A DNA stretch of 64,000 bases from Alphaproteobacteria bacterium (GCA_965220745.1 CBDCQT010000013.1:192001-256000); one strand, 5' to 3'; shown: positions 41,198 through 51,655, counted from the stretch's first letter. Translations and numbers: made by a program. The notes: a model not told the origin generated them from the sequence alone.

Positions 41198-42604
41198 GTG
41201 CAAGGACTCGCGGAATCGCTCGCCGTCTATTTCGAGCGGCGGATGGCCCGCATCCTCCTCCTCGGGATCATCAGCGGTTTTCCGTGGGTGCTCATTGGCA
41301 GCAGCCTCACCCTTTGGCTCACCGAAGACGGGCTCAGCCGCAGCACCATCGGCTGGGCCGGCCTGATCTTCGGCGTCTACGCGTTCAACTTCCTCTGGGC
41401 CCCGCTGATCGACCGCGTCCGGTTGCCGTGGCTCTCGCGGCGGCTCGGGCACCGTCGTGCCTGGATCCTCGCCCTCCAGGTCGTGATCCTGGTGTGTCTC
41501 GTCCTCTGGAGCACCTTGGATCCCTCGGAAAGCCTCGGCGCCGTGATCGCCATCGGCCTCGCCATCGCGGTGGCGTCCGCGACCCAGGACATCGCCATCG
41601 ACGCGCTCAGAATCGAACAGATCGGCCAAGAGGAAGGCGAGGCGATGGCCGCTGGCGCGGCGGTCGCGGTGGTCGGCTGGTGGAGCGGCTTCAAGCTCGG
41701 CGGCATCGTCGCGCTTGAAACCGCCGAGGCCTTCCAGACCGCAGGTGTCGAGAACTACTGGCAGGTCACGTTTCTCGTGCTCGGGATCGTGGTCGTCCTC
41801 TGCAACGTCGGCCTCCTGTTCGTGAGGGAGGCCGCAGCGGTGGCGCGCATGGCCGCCCAGGCCGAAGACGAGGAGCGGATCGCCGCGCGCCTGCGCGTGT
41901 CCGGCCCGCTCGGGCGCATCGCGGCGTGGCTGGGGGGCACGGTCTTCAGTCCGCTCATGCGCTTCTTCGAGAGGAACGGAGTGGCGATCGCCGCCGCGGT
42001 TCTGGGCTTCGTCTTCCTGTTCAAGATCGGCGAGGCCTTCATGGGGCGCATGTCGCTCGTCTTCTACACGGAGATCGGCTTCACGAAATCGGACATCGCG
42101 CTCTACTCCAAGGGCCTCGGCTGGATCGTTACCGTGGGGTTCACGCTGCTGGGCGGTCTCGTTGCGGTCCGCATCGGCCTCATACGAGCCATGTTCGCAT
42201 CCGGAATCGCCATGGCGCTCACCAATCTCATGTTCGCGCTGCTGGCCTGGTCCGGGAAGTCGGAGGTGCTGTTCGCCGCAGCGGTCGTGATGGACGACCT
42301 CACGAGCGCGTTCGCGACGGTCACCTTCGTCGCATTCATCTCGATGCTGGTGGATCGGACCTATACCGCCACTCAATACGCCCTGCTGGCTTCGCTCGGC
42401 ACCGCGGGCCGGACGCTGCTCGCCGCGTCATCCGGTGAGTTGGTGGACTGGCTTGAGGGGGACTGGGGCACCTTCTTCGTCATCACGACGCTGATGGTGA
42501 TCCCGTCTCTCGTGTGCCTTTGGGCAATCCGCGCGAAGCTGCGCGATCTGCTGGCCGGCGCGCGTGTGCGGCTCATGGGAAAGGCCGTGGAGGACGCACC
42601 CTAG
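41198..42604 (+). CDS. ampG: AmpG-family MFS muropeptide transporter
   Basis: LGIISGFP, FLWAPLIDR, SATQDIAIDALRIE, YTATQYALL. Confidence 0.85.
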   Translation: MQGLAESLAVYFERRMARILLLGIISGFPWVLIGSSLTLWLTEDGLSRSTIGWAGLIFGVYAFNFLWAPLIDRVRLPWLSRRLGHRRAWILALQVVILVCLVLWSTLDPSESLGAVIAIGLAIAVASATQDIAIDALRIEQIGQEEGEAMAAGAAVAVVGWWSGFKLGGIVALETAEAFQTAGVENYWQVTFLVLGIVVVLCNVGLLFVREAAAVARMAAQAEDEERIAARLRVSGPLGRIAAWLGGTVFSPLMRFFERNGVAIAAAVLGFVFLFKIGEAFMGRMSLVFYTEIGFTKSDIALYSKGLGWIVTVGFTLLGGLVAVRIGLIRAMFASGIAMALTNLMFALLAWSGKSEVLFAAAVVMDDLTSAFATVTFVAFISMLVDRTYTATQYALLASLGTAGRTLLAASSGELVDWLEGDWGTFFVITTLMVIPSLVCLWAIRAKLRDLLAGARVRLMGKAVEDAP

Positions 42605-42636
42605 CCCCGCATCACTTACCGCCGGCATGCGCTACG

Positions 42637-43668
42637 TCAGCGGCGCAGGTATGAACGGAGCCCAGACAGAGGGCTTGTGTCGCGCTCATGATCCGGCGTT
42701 CCGCGCCGTTGGCCGGCGAAGAAGTCGGCTGACATGGGTCCGAGGCTGATCAGCCCGCCGGGAAGGAAGCGCGTGACCAGCAGCAGGATCAGCGCGTAGC
42801 CCACGGTCTGGTACGCGGACGCCTCGCGCAGCAGCTCGAAGCCGCCGATCAGCAGGACGGTTCCCAAAATCGGGCCGAGCGCGGTGCTCGTACCGCCGAT
42901 CACCACGTAGGCCACCGCGTAGATCGAATCCCAGAGCGAGAACGCGTCGGGATGGGCCAGGATCAGATAGTGCGCGTAGAAGCTGCCCGCGATCCCGGCG
43001 AAAAAGCAGGCGATGACAAAGGCGATGAGCTTGTAGATCGCGCTGTCGACGCCGACGCTCCGCGCCAGGATCTCGCTTTGGCGAACCGCGCGCAGAACTG
43101 CGCCCATGGGCGAGCGGTCGATCCAATAGGCGATTCCGACGGCGGCAAGCCCGAGCAGCCAGACGAGGTAGTAATAGGACGTCTTGTCCGTGAACGCGAT
43201 CGTGCCGCCGCCGAAGGGCAGCGATATCGGGTCGGGCGGCTGGATGTCGACCATGACCCCCATGCCCATGCTGCCGCCGGTGAAGTCGGGGGTCACCAGG
43301 ATGATCTGGCGGATCACGATGTTGAGCACGAGCGTCACCATCGCAAAGTAAGCGCCGGTCAGGCGCAGTGCCGGAAAGCCGAAGAGTGCCGCAGCTACCG
43401 CCGCGATCAGCCCGGCCACGGGCATCGCCGCCCAGAACGACCAGCCCAGATGGCCGGCCAGCATGGCCGATGCGTATGAGCCGATGGTCATGAACGCCGC
43501 CTGACCAAAGGTCCACTGGCCGATAATCAGAACCAGCCGAACTCCCAGCGAGACGATCGTGAACACCCCGATGGTGATGAAGACGTGCAGGTAATAGGGG
43601 TGCTGGGTGATGACCGGGATCAACCCGGTCAGCGCGATCGCCGCGACGATTGCACCCCGCTTAAGCAC
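42637..43668 (-). CDS. Branched-chain-type ABC permease (LivM-like)
   Basis: GQWTFGQAAF, LRLTGAYFAMVTL, IGG..GPILG. Confidence 0.9.
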   Translation of the reverse strand: MLKRGAIVAAIALTGLIPVITQHPYYLHVFITIGVFTIVSLGVRLVLIIGQWTFGQAAFMTIGSYASAMLAGHLGWSFWAAMPVAGLIAAVAAALFGFPALRLTGAYFAMVTLVLNIVIRQIILVTPDFTGGSMGMGVMVDIQPPDPISLPFGGGTIAFTDKTSYYYLVWLLGLAAVGIAYWIDRSPMGAVLRAVRQSEILARSVGVDSAIYKLIAFVIACFFAGIAGSFYAHYLILAHPDAFSLWDSIYAVAYVVIGGTSTALGPILGTVLLIGGFELLREASAYQTVGYALILLLVTRFLPGGLISLGPMSADFFAGQRRGTPDHERDTSPLSGLRSYLRR

Positions 43669-44521
43669 GGCCCAGCAACCCGCGCGGCCGGAAGATCAGG
43701 ATCAGCATCACCGCGCTGAACGCGGCGAGCGACGAGTATCCGCCGAAGAAGGTGGTGCCGAAGCTCTCCAACGCGCCGAAGGCGAGAGAGCCCACCACGG
43801 CCCCTGGGATGCTGCCGAGGCCGCCCAGGATCACCACCATGAAGGCCTTGATGACGACGGGGCCGCCGACGGCGGGCGTCAGCACCTGGATCGGCAGCAA
43901 GAGGCCTGCCGCTGCCGCCGCCAACGCACTGCCGATAAACATACCGAGCGCGCTGATCCAGTCGACGTTGATGCCTTGCAGCATCGCCGCCTCCCGATCC
44001 TGCGCGACGGCGCGCATCGCTTGCCCCTCCTTACTGCGCCAGACGAACAGGAAGAGGAGCGCGATGAGGGGCGCTGCGACGCCCAGGATCATCAGCCGCT
44101 CGCTGGGGATGACGATGGTGTCGAAAAACCAGACGGCGCCGTCCACCGGACTGCGAAAGCGCTTGTCGCGCTCGCCGAACGCGAGCAGCGCGCTGCCTTC
44201 GATGAGAAGGAGAATCCCGAGCGTGACAATCATGCTCGGCAGGTCCTGCCCGCGCAGCGGCCGCAAAAATATGCGGTCGAGGATCATGCCGAGCACACCC
44301 ACGGCGATGGCGGCGATGAAGAGCGCGGCGAAGTAGTTCACGCCCAGTTCGGTCGCCAGATAGAACACGCAGAAGGCGCCCAGCATGTAGAGGTGGCCGT
44401 GGGCGAACTGGATCACCCGCATGATGCTGAAGACCAGGCTAAGCCCGACGGCAATCAGTGCATAGGTGGCGCCCAGCATGAGCGCGTTGACCGCGACCTG
44501 ACCGTAGAGCATGGCCGTCAC
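43661..44521 (-). CDS. Branched-chain-type ABC permease (LivH-like)
   Basis: YALIAVGLSLVF..IQFAHG, AMRAVAQD, ILGGLGSIPGA. Confidence 0.9.
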   Translation of the reverse strand: MTAMLYGQVAVNALMLGATYALIAVGLSLVFSIMRVIQFAHGHLYMLGAFCVFYLATELGVNYFAALFIAAIAVGVLGMILDRIFLRPLRGQDLPSMIVTLGILLLIEGSALLAFGERDKRFRSPVDGAVWFFDTIVIPSERLMILGVAAPLIALLFLFVWRSKEGQAMRAVAQDREAAMLQGINVDWISALGMFIGSALAAAAAGLLLPIQVLTPAVGGPVVIKAFMVVILGGLGSIPGAVVGSLAFGALESFGTTFFGGYSSLAAFSAVMLILIFRPRGLLGRA

Positions 44522-44581
44522 GGGCGGACGCCTTTCGGTTGCGCAACCCCGGCGCCGGCCGCTGTGGGCCAGCCTCGCCGC

Positions 44582-45352
44582 TCAGGCCGGCGCCTGTTCG
44601 ATTCCATGAATGTCCTCGTCGGCGCCGAGATAGGCGTCGATGACGCGCGGATCGTTCTGAATTCGCTGCGGCGGCCCCTCGGCGATCAGCTTGCCGAAGT
44701 CGAGGACCGCGATGCGGTCGCAGCAGCGCATGACGGCGCGCATGTTGTGCTCGACCAGCATGACGGTCGTGTCCCGGGCACGAATCCGCTCGATGGTCGA
44801 GACCATCGCCTCCGTCTCTCCGGCGTCCATGCCGGTCAGCGGCTCGTCGAGCAGAAGCAGCGACGGGGCGGCGGCCAGCGCGAGCGCGATACCGAGTGCC
44901 CGGCGGTGGCCGTGCGGCAGGTTTTCGGCGCGCTCATCGGTGAGGTCGCTCAGGCCCACGAGCTCGATGATCTCGTGCACGGACCTCCGTCCCGCCGCCT
45001 CGCGGCCGCTCATGCGCCGGAAGCTGAGGCCGCTGTGGGCGCGCGCGCTCACCAGGACGTTCTCGAGCACCGTCATTTCCATGAAGAGCTCGGTCTGCTG
45101 GAAGGTACGCACCAGGCCGTGCCGTGCGATGCGGTGCAGGGACCAGCGCGTGATGTCCGTGCCGTCGTAGATGATGCGTCCGGCACTCGCCGGCAGGACC
45201 CCACTGATGACGTTGAAGAGGGTGGTCTTGCCGGCGCCGTTGGGCCCGATCAGGCCGAGGATTTCGCCCGGCTCGACGGTGAGGTCGACACCGCCGAGCG
45301 CCGCAAGGCCGCCGAAGTTCTTGCCGATTCCCGTGAGCTCGAGGAGTGCCAT
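44582..45352 (-). CDS. ABC ATPase (LivG-like)
   Basis: GPNGAGKTT, RTFQ, LLLDEP, VEHNM. Confidence 0.92.
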   Translation of the reverse strand: MALLELTGIGKNFGGLAALGGVDLTVEPGEILGLIGPNGAGKTTLFNVISGVLPASAGRIIYDGTDITRWSLHRIARHGLVRTFQQTELFMEMTVLENVLVSARAHSGLSFRRMSGREAAGRRSVHEIIELVGLSDLTDERAENLPHGHRRALGIALALAAAPSLLLLDEPLTGMDAGETEAMVSTIERIRARDTTVMLVEHNMRAVMRCCDRIAVLDFGKLIAEGPPQRIQNDPRVIDAYLGADEDIHGIEQAPA

Positions 45353-45379
45353 GGCTTGCGCTCCGGCGCGTGCGGAACG

Positions 45380-46120
45380 CTAACCCAGGTACACGCGCTT
45401 GACTTCCTCGTTCTGGGCCAGCGAGTCGGTCGCGCCGGTGATCACCACTTGCCCGGTTTCGAGGACGTAAGCATGCTGTGCGATACGGAAGGCCATGCGC
45501 GCGTTCTGTTCGATGAGCAGGATACCGACGCGCCAGCGCCGCGTGATCGCCGCGATGACCTGGGCGATCTCCTGAACCATCCGGGGGGCGAGGCCGATCG
45601 AAGGCTCATCCAGCAGGAGAAGGCGCGGGCGGGCCATGAGCGCTCGTCCGATGGCGAGCATCTGCTGCTCGCCGCCGCTGAGGCTGCCCGCGCGCTGGCG
45701 GGAACGCTCCTTGAGCCGCGGAAAGTGCTCGTAGGTTAGGGCGAGGTCGTCGTCGAAAGCGGAATCCCTGAGCATCAACTTGCCGCTGCGCAGCCTGCGG
45801 TAGGCGCCCATCCGCAAATTCTCGAATACGGTCATGTCCGGAAAGACGCGCCGCCCCTCCGGTACGTGCGCGATCCCCAAGCCGACGATCTTGTGGGCGG
45901 GCACGCGGTCGATGCGCTTGCCGTCGAACAGGATTTCGCCGGCACTGGCCCGCTTTAGACCCGAGATCGTGCGCACAAGGGTGGACTTGCCAGCCCCATT
46001 TGGCCCGACCAGCGCCACGAGGCTCCCCTCGGAGACGGCGAGGGTCACTCCCTTGAGCGCGGGCGCCCGTCCATGATGAACCCACAGGTCCTTGACCTCG
46101 AGCAGCATGACCGACGGCAC
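45380..46120 (-). CDS. ABC ATPase (LivF-like)
   Basis: GPNGAGKST, VPEGRRVF, LSGGEQQMLA, LDEPSIGLAP; start 46108 or 46120. Confidence 0.92.
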   Translation of the reverse strand: MPSVMLLEVKDLWVHHGRAPALKGVTLAVSEGSLVALVGPNGAGKSTLVRTISGLKRASAGEILFDGKRIDRVPAHKIVGLGIAHVPEGRRVFPDMTVFENLRMGAYRRLRSGKLMLRDSAFDDDLALTYEHFPRLKERSRQRAGSLSGGEQQMLAIGRALMARPRLLLLDEPSIGLAPRMVQEIAQVIAAITRRWRVGILLIEQNARMAFRIAQHAYVLETGQVVITGATDSLAQNEEVKRVYLG

Positions 46121-46137
46121 CCGTCTCGGGAACTGGC

Positions 46138-46193
46138 GGGCGTGGGCCGGCCGGGGGCGAACGCCTTACCCGCCCCCGTACCGGCCCGCGCTC
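46138..46193. terminator. Long GC stem-loop between the SBP and LivF-like genes
   Basis: GGGCGTGGGCCGG.CGGGGGCG-loop-CGCCCCCG..CCGGCCCGCGCTC. Confidence 0.55.
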
Positions 46194-46206
46194 ATACGAC
46201 TACGGC

Positions 46207-47382
46207 TCACGGCACCGTTGGCGGCACCACGGAGACGGTGGTCGCTTTTCCGTCCTTGATCGTGTTGAGCACGACGGGCACCTGCATCTGGTGCGGCTGG
46301 CCCCAGGTCTCGGCGCCGCCCCAAGTGATGGTCGGCTTGCCGGGCAGCAGCTCCTGCACCACCGTGGAATGGCGGACGCCCTCCACGATCGCCGGGATGT
46401 CGTCAATCGAGCCGGCTTTCTGGATGCCGGCGAGAAGCACCCTGATCCCCTGGTAGAAGGCGAGCGCAACGGCGGTCCATTCGCCTTCCCGCTCCGTGTA
46501 TTTCTCACGGAACGCCACGAGTTCCGGGCCCTCGGGGAAGCCGTGGGAGCCAATGATATAGAAGCCCTCGGCGGCCTCGGGGCCGGCGTGGTTGAGGTAG
46601 AGGTTGATGTCGTCCTCGCAGCTGCAGCTCATCACGCCCTTGTAGCCAAGCTGACGGGCGAGCTTCAGGAGTTGCGGCCCGGTTTGGCCGACGCAACCCA
46701 GGTTGAGCATGTCGGGGTTCAGCGCCAGCACCTTGGTCACCACCGGCAGCGGGTCCGCTAGGTCGGGATCGAAGTACTCGACGCCGAGCCACTCTAGGCC
46801 GAGGGCCTGCACCGCAGCCTTGTCGTTCTGCACGGCCATCTCCGGGAACTGTCCGCGCGGGGACAACTCGACCACCGTCTTGAGGTCCGGGTTGTCCTCG
46901 AGAACCCTCCCGAACAAGACCGGCGCGAAATTCGGGGGCAGATTGAGCGTGCCGAAGCCGTTGTGCGGCGGTGAGAACACGTCCGGCCGCCACACCGGCG
47001 AGACGTGAATGAGTCCTTCCCGCACGTCGTCCGGCAGGCCGAGCCAGGCGTCTGGGCCGTTATCGAAGTGGATCATCAGGATCTTGATGCCTTCCTGATG
47101 GATAAAGCGCTCCAGGCCGGCCTTGGCGAGCTTGGTGTCCGCTTTGTGGTCGTCGACGAACAGCTCGATCATGTACGTTTTGCCGCCGACCTCCAGCCCG
47201 CCCTGTTCGTTGATCTCGTCGACGTACATCTCCGACGTCGCCCGCAAGGGTACCCCCCATGCGGCGCCCCATCCCGTCATCGCTGACTGGAGCCCGATCT
47301 TGAGGGTGTCTTCGGCCTGCGCAGCCACGCCAGCGAATGACATCGCGAGCACCGACGCCGCAGCTATGAGGATTTTCCGCAT
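46207..47382 (-). CDS. Branched-chain-type ABC substrate-binding protein
   Basis: Signal peptide ..AAQA, LKIG..AMTGWGAAWG, INEQGGLEVGG; GGGAGG RBS. Confidence 0.88.
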   Translation of the reverse strand: MRKILIAAASVLAMSFAGVAAQAEDTLKIGLQSAMTGWGAAWGVPLRATSEMYVDEINEQGGLEVGGKTYMIELFVDDHKADTKLAKAGLERFIHQEGIKILMIHFDNGPDAWLGLPDDVREGLIHVSPVWRPDVFSPPHNGFGTLNLPPNFAPVLFGRVLEDNPDLKTVVELSPRGQFPEMAVQNDKAAVQALGLEWLGVEYFDPDLADPLPVVTKVLALNPDMLNLGCVGQTGPQLLKLARQLGYKGVMSCSCEDDINLYLNHAGPEAAEGFYIIGSHGFPEGPELVAFREKYTEREGEWTAVALAFYQGIRVLLAGIQKAGSIDDIPAIVEGVRHSTVVQELLPGKPTITWGGAETWGQPHQMQVPVVLNTIKDGKATTVSVVPPTVP

Positions 47383-47483
47383 GGGTTAAGCCTCCCTGTT
47401 TTGACTTCTTGCGTGTGTGGCAATGCTACGGAGTTGGGCCACCAATTGACAAGGCTGGGCATCCCCCAAAGGCAACGCGACGC

Positions 47484-47519
47484 AGGTCGTGACCGTGGCG
47501 AGACATCCGGGTTAGTCTG
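47484..47519 (+). promoter_or_regulatory. Conserved 36-nt promoter-like element, copy 1 (GTGACC-N18-TAGTCT)
   Basis: 31/36 identical to 51620-51655 by manual alignment. Confidence 0.65.
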
Positions 47520-47563
47520 GCGCGGCGGCCCGCGCGGCCGCGCCGTGCGAGAGGGAGGAGGCG

Positions 47564-49498
47564 ATGGCCAACCTTGCCGAGGTCGAGACCTGGGAGGCGC
47601 CGGGCGAGATTGACCCCGGGACCTTCAGCGTCATCATGGGCTTGTACGAGAATATCGGGCGCGAGATGATGATCACGCTCGAGCGCTCGGCCTGGACCTC
47701 GATCATCAATCTTTGCCGCGACTTCTCCGTCGGTATCGCCGACGACGCCTGCAATCTGGTCGCGGTGCCGGATACCGCGCTGCCAGTCCAGGCCATGACC
47801 ATGCAGCGGATCATGAAGAGCACCGCCGAGTTCTTCGAAGGCGAGATCGAGGACGGCGACGTGCTGATGTGCAACCTCGCTTATCTCGGCAATACCCACA
47901 TGGGCGAGCCGCTGCTGGCGAGCCCGGTGTTCCACGAGGGCGAGCTGATGTTCTGGTCGATGGCGCGCGGCCATCTGGCGGACATGGGCACGCCCGCCTA
48001 CGTGCCCACCTACCCCTATTCCAAGGACCTCTACAGTGAGGGGCTCAAGATCCCGCCGATCAAGCTGTTCGAGCGCGGCAAGCTGCGCAGGGACATGCTG
48101 GAGCTCTACCTCGGCAATCTGCGCGCGCGCACCAACAGCCACGGCGACCTGATGGCGCACGTGGCCTGCACCTGGCGCGGCAAGGAGCAGCTCGCGTCCC
48201 TGATCGAACGGTACGGGCCGGAGACCGTGCGGCGCTACACCGCCGCGCTGCTCGACTACACCTCGCGCCGTGTCGGCGCCGATATCCGCAAGATGCGGCC
48301 CGGCACCTACTACGGCGAAGACTGGATGGACAGCAACGGCTACGGCACCAAGAACGTGCCGGTGCGCACCAAGCTGACCGTCGAAGACGACATGTGGATC
48401 GTCGACCTCTCCGAGTGTCCGCCGCAGATGATCGGCACGCTCAACGCCTCGCTCCATGGCGCGACGGAAGCCGCCGTGGTCGGCACGCTCGCCTTCTGCG
48501 TCGACCCCAGCATCCCGAAGAACGAGGGCTTCCACCGCCACGTCGAGATCATCTGCCCGGAGGGAACGATCTGCAGCGCGACCGCGCCGTTCTCGACCCA
48601 GCACTCGACCACGGGTGCGGCCGAGGTGGTTTACCGGGCGCTGATGCGCGCGGCCGCTGGCGCCACGCCCGAGATGAGCGCAGCCGGCAGCACGCTGATC
48701 CAGTGGAGCACCTACATCGGCGTCGACGAGCGCAACGGGGATAACAAGCTTTGGGCCTATGCCAACTTCAACGAGTGCGGCGGCGGTGGCGCGGCCAGCG
48801 GGGTGGACGGCAGCCCCTGCATGATGGAGATGGGAGTCGCTGGCGCCATGACCTTCATGAGCACCGAGATGGAGGAATGGCTCTATCCGGTGCTGGTCAA
48901 GCAGCAGGAGATCAAGACCGATTCACAGGGCGCCGGCCAGTGGCGCGGCGGGCCCGGTGTGACCACCCACGTCACCGGGCACGGCTCCAGCGCGATGGAC
49001 GTCTATACGGCGTGTTGGGGGCACAACAATTTGAGCCATGGGACCGTGGGCGGCAGCGGCGGAATCGGCGGCACGGTCTACGCCTTCGATCCGGCGAAGC
49101 CCGACGAGCGGCAGTTCTATTCCGGCCTCGGCAAGTTCCAGCTGCCCAAGGGCTGGGAGTATGTGGTGATCGCGAGCGGGGGTGGGGGTTACGGCGACCC
49201 CTACGACCGCGATCCCGCCGCTGTGGCCGAGGACGTCCGCGACGAGATCGTGAGCATCGAGGCGGCGCGGCATGACTATGGTGTGGTGCTCGATGCCGAA
49301 ACCCTCGCGGTGGACGAGGCGGCGACGGCGGCGCTCCGCGCCGAGCTCAAGGCGGAACGCGGGCCTGCGCCACTCAACTCGCCGATGGAGCCCGGCACCT
49401 CTACGCTGCGTCAGAGCCTGATGACCAACCGCGATACCTTTACCGACCTCGACCGCGACCCCGCCGAGGATTCCTCGCCCGACCTTTACGGCCGTTAG
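47564..49498 (+). CDS. Hydantoinase B / 5-oxoprolinase family subunit
   Basis: RDFSVGI, GNTH, RGHLADMG, EGLKIPP, DSQGAGQWRGG, SGGGGYGDP. Confidence 0.9.
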   Translation: MANLAEVETWEAPGEIDPGTFSVIMGLYENIGREMMITLERSAWTSIINLCRDFSVGIADDACNLVAVPDTALPVQAMTMQRIMKSTAEFFEGEIEDGDVLMCNLAYLGNTHMGEPLLASPVFHEGELMFWSMARGHLADMGTPAYVPTYPYSKDLYSEGLKIPPIKLFERGKLRRDMLELYLGNLRARTNSHGDLMAHVACTWRGKEQLASLIERYGPETVRRYTAALLDYTSRRVGADIRKMRPGTYYGEDWMDSNGYGTKNVPVRTKLTVEDDMWIVDLSECPPQMIGTLNASLHGATEAAVVGTLAFCVDPSIPKNEGFHRHVEIICPEGTICSATAPFSTQHSTTGAAEVVYRALMRAAAGATPEMSAAGSTLIQWSTYIGVDERNGDNKLWAYANFNECGGGGAASGVDGSPCMMEMGVAGAMTFMSTEMEEWLYPVLVKQQEIKTDSQGAGQWRGGPGVTTHVTGHGSSAMDVYTACWGHNNLSHGTVGGSGGIGGTVYAFDPAKPDERQFYSGLGKFQLPKGWEYVVIASGGGGYGDPYDRDPAAVAEDVRDEIVSIEAARHDYGVVLDAETLAVDEAATAALRAELKAERGPAPLNSPMEPGTSTLRQSLMTNRDTFTDLDRDPAEDSSPDLYGR

Positions 49499-49539
49499 CA
49501 TTACCGCGCCGCCCGCGGGCGCCAAACCAGGAGCCATCC

Positions 49540-51606
49540 ATGGCTTATGTCGCCGCCATCGACATCGGCGGAACCCACACGGACTGCGTCGCATCCGACG
49601 GGCGTGCCGTCCAATCGGCCAAGGTGCCGACCACCGAGGACCCGACCGATGGCGTGATCCACGGCCTCGAGATGCTGGCAGGCAAGTTCGGCACCGATCT
49701 CGCCGCGCTGCTCGGCGATTGCGACCGCTTCGTGTACGGCTCGACCACCGCTACCAACATCTTCGTCCAGCGCCGCCTGCCGAAGACGGGATTGCTCTGT
49801 ACCCACGGGCATCGTGACATTCTGTGGTTCCGGGAGGGCAACAAGCCCGACCGCTGGAACCTCCGCACGCCGCCGCCGTGGTCGCTGCTCGACCGCCACC
49901 TCCGTCGGCCGATCCGCGAGCGGATCGATCAGACCGGCGCGGCGATCGTTCCGCTGGAGGAAGAGGACGTCCGGGAGGCGGCCAGAACGCTACGCGGCGA
50001 AGGGGTCGAGGCGGTTGCCATCGCTTTCCTCTGGTCGTTCATTAATCCGGCGCACGAGCGGCGCGCCCAAGCGATCGCGCGCGAGGAGCTGGGGGACGAC
50101 ATCCCGGTGCTCGCCAGCGTCGACATCCTGCCCGTGATCCGCGAGTGGGAGCGCACCTTCTGCACCGTGCTCAGCGCCGGGATCATGGTGGAGACCCGCG
50201 CGCATCTGGAGAGCTTCCGCGCGCGCATGAGCGAGCTCGGCCTCAAGGGCGAGCCGCTGGTGATGCAGTGCAACGGCGGCCACGCGACGATCGACGCCAT
50301 CCTGCGGAACCCGCTCCCGCTGGTGGCGAGTGGACCTGCCGGCGGCGCGCTCGCCGGCGTCTACTACGGCGAGCTGACCGACAGCACCGACGTCATGACG
50401 ATTGATACCGGCGGCACCAGCTTCGACGTGTGCGTGCTGCCGGGCCGCTCGATCCCGATCACCAGGGCCAAGCGTCTCGACACCGAGCCCATCTCCATCC
50501 CCTCGGTCGATGTCCACACCATCGGCGCGGGTGGCGGTTCGATCGCATGGTTGGACGGGGGTGGCGCGCTCCGCGTCGGCCCGCAGAGCGCGGGCGCCAA
50601 TCCTGGCCCCGTCTGCTACGGGCGGGGTGGAACCGAGCCGACGCTCACCGATGCGTTCGTGCATCTCGGCTACATCAACCCCGATTACTTCCTGGGTGGG
50701 CGCACCGCGCTCCAGCCGGCGCTCGCCGACCGGGCCATCACGGAGAAAATCGCCGAGCCTCTGGGGCTCCATCTCACCGGCGCCGCCGCGCGCATCGTCG
50801 AGATCATGAATAGCCGGCTCGCGGGCGCCATGCGGCTCCTCTCGGTCGAGCGTGGCATAGACCCGCGCCCCTACACGTTGCTGGTGGGCGGCGGCGCCGG
50901 GCCGCTGCAGGCAGGCACGCTTGCCAGCCGGCTCGGGATTTCCCGCGTGATCGTGCCGCGCTGGCCGGGTGTGCTCTGCGCATCGGGGCTGATGCGGGCA
51001 GACGTGACGCACAACCTGGTGCGCTCTTTCAACACCACCGCCGAGGCAGCGGATCTCGACAGGCTCTCCGCCCTCTACGACGAGATGGAGCGCGCCCTCA
51101 CGCGCACGCTGGAGGAGGAGGGCATCGCGCCGGAGGACATGACGCTCAGCCGCTTCATCGACGCCCGCTACTCCGGGCAGGTCTATGAGATCGAGACGCC
51201 TGTGCCCTCGGTCGAGACCCTGGCAGCGGACCACTTCAAGGCCATCGTCGCCGCCTTCGAGGACGCCCACGAGGTGCTCTACCACTACCGGATGGAGGGA
51301 TACCCGGCGGAGTTCGTGTCCTGCCGGGTAGAGGCGGTCGGACGGGTCGAGGCGGTGACGCCGGAAGAGCTGCCGGCGGCCGGGCCCGATCCCTCAGCGG
51401 CGGCGAAAGGAACTCGCCGCGCCTACCTGCCCGACGAAGGGCGCTTCGCGCCGGTCGAGACCTTCGACGGCGAAAGACTCGATCCCGGCAACCGCATCGC
51501 TGGCACCGCGATTGTTGAGACCGAGGGCTCGACCCTGGTGGTCTGGAAAGATCAGCGGCTGACGGTCAACCGTTACGGCGACTTCGAGATCGACATCGGC
51601 GGATAG
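49540..51606 (+). CDS. Hydantoinase A / oxoprolinase ATP-binding subunit
   Basis: IDIGGTHTD, STTATN, SGPAGG, DTGGTSFD, IGAGGGS, GPQSAGANPGP. Confidence 0.92.
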   Translation: MAYVAAIDIGGTHTDCVASDGRAVQSAKVPTTEDPTDGVIHGLEMLAGKFGTDLAALLGDCDRFVYGSTTATNIFVQRRLPKTGLLCTHGHRDILWFREGNKPDRWNLRTPPPWSLLDRHLRRPIRERIDQTGAAIVPLEEEDVREAARTLRGEGVEAVAIAFLWSFINPAHERRAQAIAREELGDDIPVLASVDILPVIREWERTFCTVLSAGIMVETRAHLESFRARMSELGLKGEPLVMQCNGGHATIDAILRNPLPLVASGPAGGALAGVYYGELTDSTDVMTIDTGGTSFDVCVLPGRSIPITRAKRLDTEPISIPSVDVHTIGAGGGSIAWLDGGGALRVGPQSAGANPGPVCYGRGGTEPTLTDAFVHLGYINPDYFLGGRTALQPALADRAITEKIAEPLGLHLTGAAARIVEIMNSRLAGAMRLLSVERGIDPRPYTLLVGGGAGPLQAGTLASRLGISRVIVPRWPGVLCASGLMRADVTHNLVRSFNTTAEAADLDRLSALYDEMERALTRTLEEEGIAPEDMTLSRFIDARYSGQVYEIETPVPSVETLAADHFKAIVAAFEDAHEVLYHYRMEGYPAEFVSCRVEAVGRVEAVTPEELPAAGPDPSAAAKGTRRAYLPDEGRFAPVETFDGERLDPGNRIAGTAIVETEGSTLVVWKDQRLTVNRYGDFEIDIGG

Positions 51607-51619
51607 CGGCACCGGCGGT

Positions 51620-51655
51620 AGGCCGTGACAGTGGCGAGAAATCCGGGCTAGGCTG
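51620..51655 (+). promoter_or_regulatory. Conserved 36-nt promoter-like element, copy 2 (GTGACA-N18-TAGGCT)
   Basis: Near-identical to 47484-47519; lies between hydantoinase A and the 2OG oxygenase. Confidence 0.65.

Noticed and set aside
39839-42376. 845-aa ORF as an extended CoA-transferase
   Set aside because: The upstream part is antisense to ampG; the family start MKLEGIRVLD is at 41011
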